From Octopus sinensis (Eukaryota): a DNA stretch of 64,000 nucleotides. Within the stretch, counting starts at the first letter, position 1. Each line of letters opens with the position of its first letter. Below are positions 24,723-37,941 of this stretch, piece after piece. A program made the position numbers and the translations under genes. The notes under the pieces were generated by a model, which was given only the letters and a program-made list of their open reading frames with translations, did no database searches and had not been told where the DNA came from. The stretch spans positions 24,924,001 through 24,988,000 of the forward strand of contig NC_043006.1 in the NCBI RefSeq assembly GCF_006345805.1, read 5' to 3'.

Positions 24723-25309
24723 TAATTCATGAGAAACAATAAAGGAAAAGTATCACCTGGAGTATATTGCTAGTTTGTTTCAGAGTAATTTAAAAGATGT
24801 ATTGGAAAAAATTTTCCTGATAGGTGATGGTGTTGAGCTCTGTCACTGATTGGGTGTTAGGGACACCACTGTTGAACAATTTATCATTATACATATATGT
24901 GTCCAGGACATGTCACCTTGGGAGAGTCCATCATTCCCTAAGTAGAAGTTGAACTTGACACTGCATGTTAGACACTTGACAATTTTATAGTACCACTGCT
25001 TACAACACTGGGTTGTTCTACTTAGTAACATTTATCCATTGGGAGTGGACCACAAACACAAGACAGTACTAGCAACCACATGAAAGCTAACAACCACATA
25101 GATTGGCTGTCCAGTTATTTCAGTTACTTGTACATACCACCAATTAGATATTCTCTAAAGTAAATAAATCCAACTGCTTTGTTCAATAACACAATAAAAT
25201 AAGTGCAACTGAATACAGGTGCAATTATCAAGTATTCATAATATGAAGGTTCACATTGAATCTGCTGGACTATTTCACCTCTGCCAATCCTTCCATTAAT
25301 CCTGGTCCA

Positions 25310-26402
25310 GTTTGTCTTCATTCAACATTGGAGAAACTAGAAGTAGTTGATAGTTTCCGCTACCTAGGTGACCAAGTTAGTAGTGGGGGTGGATGCTCAG
25401 AGAGTGTCACCACTAGAATACGAATAGCCTGGACAAAGTTTAGAAAGCTTCTACCCCTACTGGTGACAAAGGGTCTCTCTCTCAGAGTGAAAGTTAGATT
25501 ATACGACGCATGTGTGTGAACTGCCATGCTTCACGGTAGTGAAACATGGGCTGTGACTGCAGAGGACATGCATAGGCTTGAAAGAAATGAAGCTAGCATG
25601 ATCTGCTGGATGTGTAATGTCAGTGTGCACATACGACAGAGTGTAAGCGCCCTGAGAGAAATGCTGGACATAAGAAGCATCAGATGTGGCGTGCAAGAGA
25701 GACGTTTGCGCTGGTATGGTCATGTACTACGGATAGATGAGGAGAGGTGTGTGAAGAAGTGCCACTCCCAAACAGTTGAAGTAATCCGGGGTAGAGGTAC
25801 ACCCAGGAAGACATGGGATGAGGTGATCAAGCATGACCTTCGAACATTGGGCTTCACAGAGGCAATGACGAAAGACCGAGATCTCTGGAGATATGCTGTG
25901 ACTGCGAAGATCCAACAAATAACATGCTTTCATGGCTGTTTCCTGCACCAGCTTCACATAGCAGCCATCCAAAGTACCTTGGATTACAAGACAGCCTACT
26001 GTGCATACCTTGGATCATAAGGCAACCTGATGTGCTTGAGGAAACCTATTGTGTCAAGTACATCAACATCAAAATAAAAGTCAAATGTGAATTGTAGTTG
26101 TGATGCCCATGCTGGTGACATGTAAAAAGCACCATCCAAATGTGGCAGATGCCAGTGCCGCCTTGACTGGCTTCCATGCTGGTGGCATGTAAAAAGCACC
26201 AATCGATCGTGACACCTGTGCCAATGGCACGTAAAAAGCACCCACTACACTCACAGAGTGGTTGGCGTTAGGAAGGGCATCCAGCTGTAGAAACACTGCC
26301 AGATCAGACTGGAGCCTGGTACAGCCTCCTGGCTTCCCAGACCCCGGTCGAACCGTCCAACCCATACTAGCATGGAAAACGGACGTTAAACGATGATGAT
26401 GA
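25310..26402 (+). mobile_element. RTE LINE 3' fragment (RT C-terminus, 3' UTR, tail)
   Basis: LEVVDSFRYLGD..RIAW.KFR.LLPLL; ORF 25526-26020; (GAT)n tail. Confidence 0.9.
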
Positions 26403-27116
26403 GTATTAATGTTTGTATTTGCACTCATTGACTACCTTGTTTAATTGCTCTTGTAATCCATCATCTATTACAGCCATGCCTCACCCATTCTCTTTCAGCT
26501 GTTCCTTTGTCAACATGCACATTCTGATCTATACACCTCTCACTCACCTTGTCCTACATTAGTATCAACTATTTCAAATGACCTTCTCCAACCCACTTCA
26601 CACTTGCTCTACTTTGTCTTCATAAATTCAAACAACCCTTACAACACTATACAGAGTCAAATATAACTTTACTTACTGGTTAGCTCCTTCCATCAGAGTG
26701 CCAAACTCCTACTATCCCCAAATGATCTCTAACATAAAGTAACATTGCAAACTCCAATATCTACTGTTGTTGTTCTTCTAAACTACTTATTTTATTCTAT
26801 TTATTTATTACACTAAAATAGCCTGGACAAGGCTGTAAGAAGTGAAGATTTTTACTTTTGTATATGCTGTTGGAATCTGATTTCATATAAGTTCTAAAGG
26901 TGTGGGACTTTTCAGCTAATGGTACTCTGTTTTTATTGAATGCTTCCTTTGTCCTATATAAATTTTGTTGTCTAGTTTTATTATAATTGAAACTTTGCTC
27001 AATAAACCTAAGACCCTTTTTGTATGTCGTGTTTCAGTCTAATGTGGTACTACATCATACACTCACTTCAAATACTGTCCTTTTTTTCTTTTCAAATAAA
27101 TATTTCGATTAATATT

Positions 27117-27330
27117 AAGGTGGTGAGCTGGCAGAATCGTTAGTGCAGAACACAATATGCTTAGTAACCTTTCTTCTGGCTCTTTACATTCTGAGTTCAA
27201 ATTCTGCCGAAGTCAACATCGCCTTTCATCCTTTTGGGGTTGATAAAATAAGTACAATTTTAGCACTAGGGTCGATATAATCAACTTACCCACTTCCTTA
27301 AAATTGTTGGCCTTGTGTCAAAATTTGAAT
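27117..27330 (+). mobile_element. SINE family 2 copy
   Basis: Homology to the other copies. Confidence 0.8.
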
Positions 27331-27339
27331 TACATTTAA

Positions 27340-27558
27340 CCCTTTAGTGTTCAGATTATTCAATCAAACATAATGCCTATTGATTCCCATTGATTTGAAT
27401 TAATCATGCATTATCTCATATCTTCAAGATCTTGATGGTGTAATTAATTAATGTAGAATAACATTGTAGGGTAGGTGTGAGAGACTGGATCTGGTCAGTT
27501 TGAACATAAAACAGATTAACTATTTTGGCCGGATATGGCTGGTTTAAATACTAAAGGG
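27340..27558. mobile_element. piggyBac-type MITE, 219 bp
   Basis: TTAA|CCCTTTAG ... CTAAAGGG|TTAA. Confidence 0.8.
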
Positions 27559-28021
27559 TTAATTAACATTGTCGAAGGTGTTTTATACCATCAACCCCCA
27601 AAACTTTATATACAGTTATAATTCATCTAAGCTCAGTCTGCACAATATACATCTTACAGAAATGTGGTTAAAGCTTCTTCTGACGAGACTCTTCATATTC
27701 TGATGAGACTCCTTGGAAATACTGTTTATTTAGAAGAAAATGAAAACAAAGAAAGACAGATAACAGCAAAATCAAAACAGCACAAATTCCTCTTTAATTC
27801 TTGATTTTAATTTATAAAACATATTTGTATACTTATATATACTAGATTGACTCTTGAAAACTTCACGGAAAGCATAAAAAATGTAAGCATGTGTAAATTG
27901 TGTGCTGGTGCCATGAGAAATGTTTCTATATTGTGACGGTTACAGAATATAGAAAGAAGTGTAAAACCGATAACTATATAATCCAACCAAAATATCTCAG
28001 TTACGCAAATGTAAACGAGTG

Positions 28022-28510
28022 TAGAACAAAAGCCCCATAGTTAAAGTGAGAAAGTGGACAAAAGCCCCGTGGTTATATTTTTTGGTTATTTTTTTTTATT
28101 CACCTTTTACTTGTTTTAGTCATTAATTAGGCAGTGGCTCATTCTTATTAATCTGTAAGGGCTAAGAGAAGAAAACAAAGGACTTCAAATTTAAATTTTA
28201 AAATGCTGATTTTTCTGTGACTAAAAATTTTTTTAGGCTGTTATTTCTAGCGTGTGGAGAGACCTTCTAGGCTTAACTTCATGCGCTGGTTGAAAATCAT
28301 CAAAAAAAATTCTGGGGTCAATACATTCAACTAAAAATTCCTCAAGGTGGTGCTCCAGTATGGCCACAGCCTAATGACAAACCAGTAAAAGAAAAAAATC
28401 AAAAACTAACCCAAAAATATAACCATGGGGTTTTTGTCCACTTTCACATTTTAACTAAAGGGCTTTTTTCTGAGGGGCTTTTGTCCTTGGGGGCTTTTGT
28501 CCAGATTCTA
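28022..28510. mobile_element. Palindromic MITE with long TIRs built of ggacaaaagcccc motifs, with an internal SINE fragment
   Basis: 28022-28085 is the reverse complement of ~28405-28500. Confidence 0.7.
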
Positions 28511-28589
28511 ACGTAGATAATTACTATTTAGCCTTAAAATACATTGTACATATTCAAAGAACCTTCGTGGTCTAGTGGTATGGAATGTT

Positions 28590-28800
28590 CTTTTGGCATT
28601 CTTTTATTTTTTTACTTGTTTCAGTCATTTGACGGTAGCCATGCTGGAGCAATTGAATCCTGGACCTATTTCCTGTAAGCCTGGTGCTTATTCTATAAGT
28701 CTCTTCTGCTGAACAGATAAGTTGCAGGTACGCAAACACACCAACATCAGTTGTCAAGTGAGAGTGGTGGGGGGGACAAACACACACACAAACACACACA
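28590..28800 (-). mobile_element. SINE family 1, 3' half
   Basis: Reverse of tgtttgtccc..ctccagcatggc..gaaacaagtaaaa. Confidence 0.75.
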
Positions 28801-28844
28801 CATAAATATATACATATATGTATAAGTATATATATATATAATTA

Positions 28845-29320
28845 TAATGAGGAAGGCCGATTTATGAGGTTATCCTGGGTTTCTCATTCACAAGGGGGTT
28901 TGTCCTCACCGCGAATCTTCAGACCCCAAACATGCTAGCCTAAGACTTCTTCAAATATGGAGGGGAAAATGCCTCACTATAAAGGTAAACAACAGGTGAT
29001 TACCTCCCTTTGCCATTGGCTATCGAGCTTCGACCACGCATATGTAACATCACTGACCAGCCACGCCTGGCAATTAAGAGATGGTGGGATACCATACTCA
29101 ATCACATGGTCACAACATCAACAGAATGAAACATTGCAAGTTATGCATTGCTGAATGTGCAAGGATCCTAAAAAACTCTCTCATAACAGGGAGCATCCTG
29201 AACTCTAGGACAGAAATTTTCGGAACATGTCTGCATTTTAGAAGATTCCTCCTGGCCTTTTGGAATCCATAAAGTGATGCCATGTCTTTTTTTTTCAGGC
29301 ATGTTTAACGTTTTCTCTAC
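28845..29320 (+). mobile_element. Penelope-like element remnant: GIY-YIG C-terminus preceded by an inverted pLTR-like piece with a hammerhead-like motif
   Basis: TSLTSHAWQLRDGGIPYSITW..CKLCIAE..ILNSRTEIFGTCLHFRRFLL; hammerhead-like motif on the minus strand at 28865-28928. Confidence 0.7.
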
Positions 29321-29559
29321 AAACTACAAACAAGCTCTCCTCCCTTCCTTTTTTTTTTTTTCATACAAAAACTAATGTAAATTTCAAACGAGGTATAGCT
29401 GTGAAAAGAGTCCAGAAAATGGGTAATACCCCACTACAAAATCTGTGGGGGAGAAAAATTGCCAAGAGGTAGCTACACAAAATTCAACTCTATACTTTAA
29501 AGAGTGTCTTCTTTTATAGCCTTGTGAGTGGATTTGGTAGATGGAAGCTGAAAGAAGCC

Positions 29560-29845
<286 letters not shown>

Positions 29846-30294
29846 ATATCTATCTATTTTACATGCTGAAGACTACTTGGTGTAATTGATAATTATTCCA
29901 AATTAATTAATTTCACCCTTCATTATTACGGATATATATATATATATATACACACATATAGAGAAAACGTTAAATATGCCTGGAAAAAGACATGGTCTTT
30001 CCCTGCCAACTAAAAGACATGAGGAATTATCAAAGAAGGTGAATAATTACCGGGGGAGGGGGGAGAAGAGAGAACTGACACTCAATCCTTCTAGAGCTCC
30101 CAGAATGAAAATATAAACACCTGAAAGACTTTCCCTCTATACATTACTAAGTGTCTTTCTCTCTTCTTCATTCTTAAAAGTAAAGAAGCTAGAAAAGGTC
30201 GATCGTATTTCAGTCTAATTGTCATTGTAAATGACAGATGCTTTCCTTTCTCTGTGTCTATTGCTTCACTCCTTTCCCTACGGTTAAGAGAGTG

Positions 30295-30620
30295 AGCGTG
30301 TTTGGCTCAGTCGTTAAGGGTATTCAGTCCACAATCATAAAGTCATAAGCATGATTCCTGGTGGCGCACTGTATTCTTGAGCAAGATACTCTACTTCACC
30401 TTGCTGCAGTCCACTCAGCAGGCAAAAATGAGTTGTAGCAGTAATTCAAAAGAGCCAGCCTTGTTACATTCTTTGTGAAGCTGAATCTCCCTGAGAACTA
30501 CCTTATGGTATGCATGTCTCTGGAGTACTCAGCCACTTGCATGTTGATTTTATAAGCAGACTCTTCTGTTGATCATATAAACAAGAACCTCGTCATCATA
30601 ACCGACAGAGTGCCATTTTT
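30295..30620 (+). mobile_element. Older tRNA-headed SINE with CORE/V-like block; partial second copy at ~30940-31085
   Basis: ggctcagtcgttaaggg..tgtattcttgagcaagatact..; shared ctgaatctc..gagaactac..ggtatgcatg..agtactc.gccacttg block. Confidence 0.6.
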
Positions 30621-31610
30621 AAAAAAGAGTGGAAGAAAAGGCAACGTTCCATATTGTAAGACAAAAATGTCAGGCGTTTAGTATAAGCAGTGAAATCTAA
30701 GATGAAATAATTGCTATTCTGTTGTGTAGTAACTTTACCCTCGATTCATGCTTAGTTTGATAACAACAGCCTGCACATTGGTGTTTATCTGGTGGTTGGG
30801 CCTCCACATCTGTGAGACCCACAAATGCCACTGGATTAACACCTATAGTGACCCTAATGCCTAAAAAGGTTTTCCTGCCCCTATATAGGATTTGTTTTCG
30901 TTTTTTTCCAACCACTTGAAGGTTTATCTTACTTCAGTCCATTCAGCTGGCCAAAATGAGTCACAGCTGTAATTCAAAGGGGCCAACCTTGTCATATTCT
31001 GTGTGAGGCTGAATCTCTCTGAGAACTACATTAATGGTATGCATGTGTGTAGAGTACTCTGCCACTTGTGAGTTAATTTTATCCTTGTGTGGTAATGAAA
31101 AGCGAAAGTGACATCCAATATTTGCTGTAGTTGTCATTGGTTTAACACTGTGTCTATGTATCTATGTATCAATTTTTCTTACAATCTATGTATCTACTGT
31201 CCCTCTTCTCTCCCACTTTTAATTTAACAATGTGTATATGTATCTACTTTTCTTTCAATCTGTGTATCTACTTTTCTTGCGATCTATGTATCAGTTTACT
31301 CTGAAAATACTGATAATCATTTAAAAATAAAATGAACGCTGTCACCACTCACTGTCTCTTTCACGCTCTCTCATTCTCTCTCACTTCCTCTTTGTCTTCC
31401 TCTCTCCCGTTTTGCCACTCACTTTCTTTGAAGTGTGACACACATCTCAGGTACACATGTACAAAAACAAAATGTTGGCGCATTAATATTACTGATATTT
31501 TAATTTATAAGACATATTCAACATTCTCTTTTTTTCTGTCTTAAAACAATACGACTGAATCTCTTCTCCAAGATAAGTAGATCTAATACAAATTATATAT
31601 TTAATGAATA

Positions 31611-31779
31611 GGCATAGGAGTGGCTGTGTGGTAAGTAGCTTGCTTACAAACCACATGGTTCCGGTTTCAGTCCCACTGCGTGGCACCTTGGGCAAGTGTC
31701 TTCTACTATAGCCTCGGGCTGACCAAAGCCTTGTGGGTGGATTTGGTAGATGGAAACTGAAAGAAGCCCGTTGTATATG

Positions 31780-31862
<83 letters not shown>

Positions 31863-32036
31863 CTTGTCTGTTTGTCCCCCCACAATCGCTTGACAACCGA
31901 TGTTGGTGTGTTTAGGTCCCCATAACTTAGCTGTTCGGCAAAAGAGACTGATAGAATAAGTACTAGGCTTACAAAGAATAAGTCCTGGTGGTGCTCCAGC
32001 ATGGCCACAGTCAAATGACTGAAACAAGTAAATGAG
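31611..32036 (+). mobile_element. SINE family 1 with (TG)n
   Basis: Full head and tail. Confidence 0.88.
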
Positions 32037-32919
32037 TATATAAAACCCAGTAGTTTTCAACCCTTCATAATGTTCAAATACAATGCACACTGAAACATTG
32101 TTCATGAGCCTGGGATGATACTGTTGCTATAGACAAACATTTTTGGCTATATCCAAAAGAAAGTCATTCAACTGTGTCATTCATTAACACACTTCTAAGA
32201 CTAACTCACAGATATTCTGATTCTCCTGTATCTCTTCTGCTCCTGAACTAGCAATTTTCACACCACCTTTTCCCAATCACACCTGATACAACCACCTTTC
32301 CTATGTATATTTTATATGTCCCTCAAAAAGACGGAGGGAGTTTCTTCTGTGGTTGTTCAACTTGCTTGAAATAGCAAGCAAATCTCTCAAATCACACCAT
32401 ACCATCTCAAAAAGGGAAGGATACTTTGGGTAAATGCTTCTAGATAAACTAAGACTTAAAACAAAAGTTGTTATAGAAAGCTTTTTGCACATAAGTATGT
32501 TTGATCAGGATTGACCTTGGGCTAAACAACAACAACTGCCAGTATCAAATTCAAAATCACAATGTCCACGATAGCATCCTTCCTTAATACACATTTATAG
32601 TGTATAACTCATATGTAAGCTATAAGGCTGGATCTTGAGAACCTGAGTGTCCATAGTGTTGACTTTTTGGAATTATTAGCTCGAAAACAAGTTGAATATT
32701 GCTCCTCAGAAATATTCCTATGGCTCGACTCACAGGAGAGAGGCCCAAGGGATATATATTTTGATAGTTTGCATCACTAAACTTATATATATATATATAT
32801 ATATATAATACTGCTAGACCACTGGTGTGAAATCGATGTTAATTAATTTAATATCTAATTTCTCACCCTCATTTTAAATTTATATATATATATGTATGTA
32901 TATATATATGCATATATAT

Positions 32920-32954
<35 letters not shown>

Positions 32955-33589
32955 CATCAAACAATGATGATGATATATATATATATACCAGTAAATGATG
33001 ACAATGTCAGGTCATAGCTCTCATCGTATAATAATTCTGCTTGTCATTACGTTACTTAGCCCATTGGTAATGCTTTCACTTGACCAGCGATGTGGTTTTC
33101 AGAGTATACCATGTTGGATTAAATTTTTACCCTCATAAAATTGTGACCCCTATATTTTACATATAAAATAATTATTTTGCTATAAAATTTTTTTTCTAGA
33201 TATGAAATTGTGACCAAGTAAATTTTAAAATGTAATTTTTTCTGTTTATGGGGGAAATGGAAAAATGAATTTATTTTATGAGTGCTGTGTATTAAGTCTA
33301 TAAAATTGTGCATAAGTAATCATCGTATTCCAATTTCCTTCATTTTTCAATGAATAGCCAATGAGTGACTATCTTTTGATACAGACACAACACAGAATAC
33401 ACTTTCAGGCTTTTTGGATAAAATTTTCAGAAATAACCCAATAGGCTTACAATTAATTCCGTGAAATATTCATGGGTCACACTAGTCAACTAATAATTGA
33501 ATAAAACACTATTATAACAAGTTACTTTTATAGAACCCAGATTCTGTCATGTTCTTTTCTTGAAGAAATTAGAATTATTGTCTGCAGAC

Positions 33590-34092
33590 AATTTTACCGA
33601 GACCTTTGGAAGTATGCTGTGCGTGAGAAAACCCGGCAGGACAAGTGAGACCATAACCCGGGGCCTCTACCTGGGATGTAGCCAGTCCACTTATGCATAC
33701 CTTTCCTTCTTGGGACACAAAACTCTACTTGTGAAGACCTGTTGAGGCAAGTGAAAATCAAAATCAAAATCAAAATCGATCAACATCAATGGAAATTGTT
33801 GCTGTGATACCAGTGCCGAACCATCCGAACGTGACCGTTGCCAGCGCCGCCCTGACTGGCCTCCATACCGGTGGCACGTAAAAAGCACCATCCGACCGTG
33901 GCCATTTGCCAGCCTCGTCTGGCACCTGTACCGGTGGCACGTAAAAAGCACCCACTACACTCATGGAGTGGTTGGCATTAGGAAGGGCATCCAACCATAG
34001 AAACATTGCCAGATCAGACTGGGCCTGGTGCAGCCTTCTGGCTTCCCAGACCCCAGTTGAACCGTCCAACCCATGATGATGATGATGATGAT
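33590..34092 (+). mobile_element. RTE ORF end plus 3' UTR and tail
   Basis: RDLWKYAVREKTR*, tandem hairpin units, (GAT)n. Confidence 0.85.
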
Positions 34093-34489
34093 CTAAGACA
34101 AGCCTTCTCTAGCAGATTATAATCAGCAATTTGTTAAAGTAGTAGCCATAAATATTAACAAACACAAACATGTTAACAAATCAAAAATAATACATAAACA
34201 CTAACCAGAACAATACATTATACTGACTCCAGAATGGCCAGGACTAACTAAATAACTATAGGGAAAAACTATAGCTGAAAAATATTTCATTAATTTAGTG
34301 TCAGGCTAAATTCATTTGAGAAAGTAATGAAGATGAGATTGATATCAATGGGACTAACTATCCATATCAAGTAATTAGATCAGTAATTAGATTTATATGA
34401 GTTAAAAGTATCAGTGATAGATTAACTCAAAATGTTTTCAAACAGTATGTATTCATGAAATTTTTAAAAGTTTGTCTTCCTCGTTAGAC

Positions 34490-34700
34490 TGGAGTTTATC
34501 TCAGTTTCTGAGGTATATAAGCAACTGAGAGCACAATATCCCCTCTTGGACAGGATGCAAGTTTACCACACAGTTAACCCCTCTGTAAACTAGGGCAATA
34601 TGAAATGAAGTAACTTACTCAAGGACACAGTGCATTGCCCAGTCCAGAAATTATCCCCATGACAATACAATCATCCAACACTCTAACCAATAGGTTATAC
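34490..34700 (-). mobile_element. Old, degenerate deep-conserved-core SINE (Nin/Deu-like)
   Basis: tatctcagtttct..aagcaact..ggacaggatgc..gtaacttactcaaggacac resembles the reverse of such cores; recalled from memory only. Confidence 0.4.
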
Positions 34701-35559
34701 ATCATATCATAAATTACATTTTCTTCTTTTGATACTCCATTATAGAAGCTATACTATTTAATAGGGGTATCCCACTCTATAAAATAAATTTATTTTGGTA
34801 TATTTTTGCACTTCTTGTAAAGTCTTGTGGCATGAGACCAACTATTCAAGCATGTAAAGAAACATTATTCATATATCAACTACTTTCTACTCTTTTGGCC
34901 TATCATGCAGCCTTTGAGAAATTAAAGGCCAAGTTGACCCTGGTAAAACAGAAAAATGAAATGTTTAGTAAATATTAACAGCTTTTGAATTAAGAGTTTT
35001 TATTGAACCAACAAACTTCCTTTAAAACTTAGCATGTTGAATATAGCTTTGTTGTTTATGTAGCTAAAATGTTAATCAAACAATAAGTTTGAAACAAACT
35101 CAACATGTCGCTAAAGACTAGGATTTGTGGTCCTACAACTTAAAAGCAGAATAAATGTGCTTAAGGGGAGTTAGGGCTCCAAATTTATTATTTAGGCAAG
35201 CAAGCAACTTGGACATTTTTTTTAAAGCAGCAGATACAGAAGAAAAAGTGTTTCCTGTACAATACAACAGAGGTAACATTGCTATGCAGTAAAAAATGTC
35301 ATACCCTATTAGCCCTTCCTTTACTGTATTTTTGTTATAATATCTTGCTTTTGTTTCAATTAATTTAGTGAAATAACTTTGACATTATTATTGTGGTGTT
35401 TGCTAGATAAATTAAAATGAAATTTTGATGGGAGGTTTTTTAAAACAAGAAATTTACATTAGAGAACTAGATGCAGTCTCAGGTAGTTGGTTTCCAAAGG
35501 GTCAATTGTTGTAAATGGTAGATAGATAGACAGATAGATAAACAGACAGATAGATAGGT

Positions 35560-36440
35560 AGAGAGATCTAACGGACAAGCAGAATGCTTTTTCAATACAT
35601 TCGAAAGAATTCTAAGGAAGTCAAATAAGGAAGTCATGGATGAGGTAGCTCTACAACAATTCTTAAGATTATACCATGTGGCACCAAATCCAAACACACC
35701 AGCAGGTATGTCACCAGTGGAGCTGATGTTTACGAAGAAAATAAAATCAGTCTTCAACAAATTACTACCTGGTAAGATATTTCAAAATTTGCAAAAATGT
35801 ATTTGTTAGGGCATATAAGAATGGAAGACAAAGCTGGGAAGATGACATAGTTACCAAACGCATAACACAAAAAGGGGTATACAAGAGACACATGAACCAA
35901 CCAAAAAAAATTCATTAAAAGTGAACTCAAGAGAATGGAGTAATCGATGGAATGGTTATATGACACTTTTCAAGTACCAATGCCACTACAAATAATTGAA
36001 CCCAGAAGCACAAACAAAAGAAAATGTACAGATTTCCTGGAAGTGGATGCCAAATGAAAAAAAATTAGATTTGTAACTGTATGGAAAAAAAGAAAACTAA
36101 ATAAAAAAGGAGGTGGGGGTGATGTAAAAATTATTGCTAATGAAAAGAAATGAAATGAAATTACACTCTCTAAGGAAAAAGAAAAACTTAAAAGTGGAGA
36201 TGTTATGGGTCTAATAATAATAATGGAACACCCCTCCCACATGACGGGTGGTATGTGCTAGTTGTTACAAATACTGTGACACAGAAGTCAGGGAAGTCAG
36301 TCATAGTCATGTCTTACTTGTTTAATTATACTGTTATATCAAAGTGAATGTTATAGCAGTCTGACTGATTACGGCATATCCTGATATATGACAGTCAACT
36401 GTTTATTCTTGCACAATCCAAGCAACATACTGAAATAACA
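35560..36440 (+). mobile_element. Gypsy 3' part: integrase C-terminus, PPT, 3' LTR (36201-36440)
   Basis: SNGQAE.F..TF.R.LRK..LQQFL..Y..PNPNTP.G.SP.ELMF.KKIKSVF.KLLP; aaaagtggaga|TGTTAT...ATAACA. Confidence 0.8.
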
Positions 36441-36998
36441 TCATAAATGAACTTGCTTAATGCCCTGCTAACTACCAGCTCTTTCTGCATGTGTGTATGT
36501 GGTCACAAAGTTCACTTTGGAGCCATGTGGTTTTGAGTTCCATTCTAGGTACCTTGGTCTTCTAGCATAGCATCTGGTTGATTAATGTTTTGTAAGTGAA
36601 ACTGGTAGTCAAAAACTACATGGAATCCAGTTGTGTGTGTGACTTATTTATTCATATTTTTGATTGACACTGTGTGATGGTAATGATGTGCTGATGTTCC
36701 TTGTAAACAATATGTCTTGTAGCATAGCTGTTTTGATTTGATAAGATGAGGGAAATTAAAAATACTGTACTTCAAAAACAAGTAAGATATAGTGGCAGAC
36801 ATTATCAGGACCATAGAATTCTGCCTCAGTAAATCTTGCCATGTCAATGCTACCATAAAAAAAAACAAGATGCATAAAATGGATGATCTATATATATATG
36901 TATTTAAATTAGTATTGGTTTCTTGATTGCTATGTTTTTCCCAATGATTTGTATATACATCACTTTTAATTTAATTCAAATAAAAGATAATATATATA

Positions 36999-37235
36999 CT
37001 GTTGTGTCTGGGGAGAGTCATTCTCTTTTAGTGCCTTATTATTTAACACACTCACCGGTAAAATTTCCACTTGTTTCTTATTTTTATTTTCTAAAAGAGA
37101 GTCAAGACTATTGAAAAGGTTGCAAGATGCAATGAAAATTTTAGAAAATAAAAATAAGAAACAAGTGGAAATTTTACCGGTGAGTGTGTTAAATAACAAG
37201 GCACTAAAAGAGAATGACTCTCCCAGACACAACAG
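36999..37235. repeat. Fold-back element: ~98-bp near-perfect inverted arms with a 42-nt spacer
   Basis: 36999-37096 versus 37139-37235. Confidence 0.92.
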
Positions 37236-37316
37236 AATATGCTTCAACACACAAACTTATATAAAGAATCTTGCAAACCAAATCCCAAAACGAAATATAA
37301 TATATATATATTATAT

Positions 37317-37398
<82 letters not shown>

Positions 37399-37941
37399 AT
37401 ATAAAAATAGTAATAATGACAACCATTGGATGGAGTTTATAAACATTTAATGCATTGGTACGCGTGTTTCCACAAATCAAATGTCTCTTAAGATCACAGT
37501 TCATATTCCCAGGATGATTACAGTGTTGTCCATAGTATCCATGAGTATTAGGTAGATCACCTTCATAGATTCATTTCTTCAAGTGATATAACATTAACGG
37601 GTGTTTAACAAAGAGTTATTTATCTCTTTTGACCTGTGAGAAAGTTGATTGAGTTATGTGTGCATTTCTGTGTGTATTTGGTGGGAAGCAGGGGAAAGTG
37701 ATGGAAAGGAAGGAATGAATGGTGGTTATATGAGGATGGAAGTGTGTGTGGTGATGTTGGACTTATTTTGCTATTCAGTCTGCAGATGTCAAGGATGGGT
37801 AGTATATTCCTTTGTTCAATCTCATTTAAGGTATGACTATCTTCAATGAAGTTTGTAGTAAACAAATCTGCTGGTACAGCCACTGCAGCCATCAGTGTTG
37901 GAGTTCATTGATAAATGGTATTTTCTTAGAGTCACCTTTTA

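Noticed and set aside
27670-27740. CTGACGAG..CTGATGAG..GAAA hammerhead-like words
   Set aside because: No stem II closing pair and no valid UH plus stem I register; looks like a small tandem duplication
35231-35272. Possible 42-nt host exon (AG|..DTEEKVFPVQYNR|GT)
   Set aside because: Splice-like flanks only; no recognisable protein and no partner exons. The same applies to candidates near 22.7, 39.55, 40.1 and 45.9 kb
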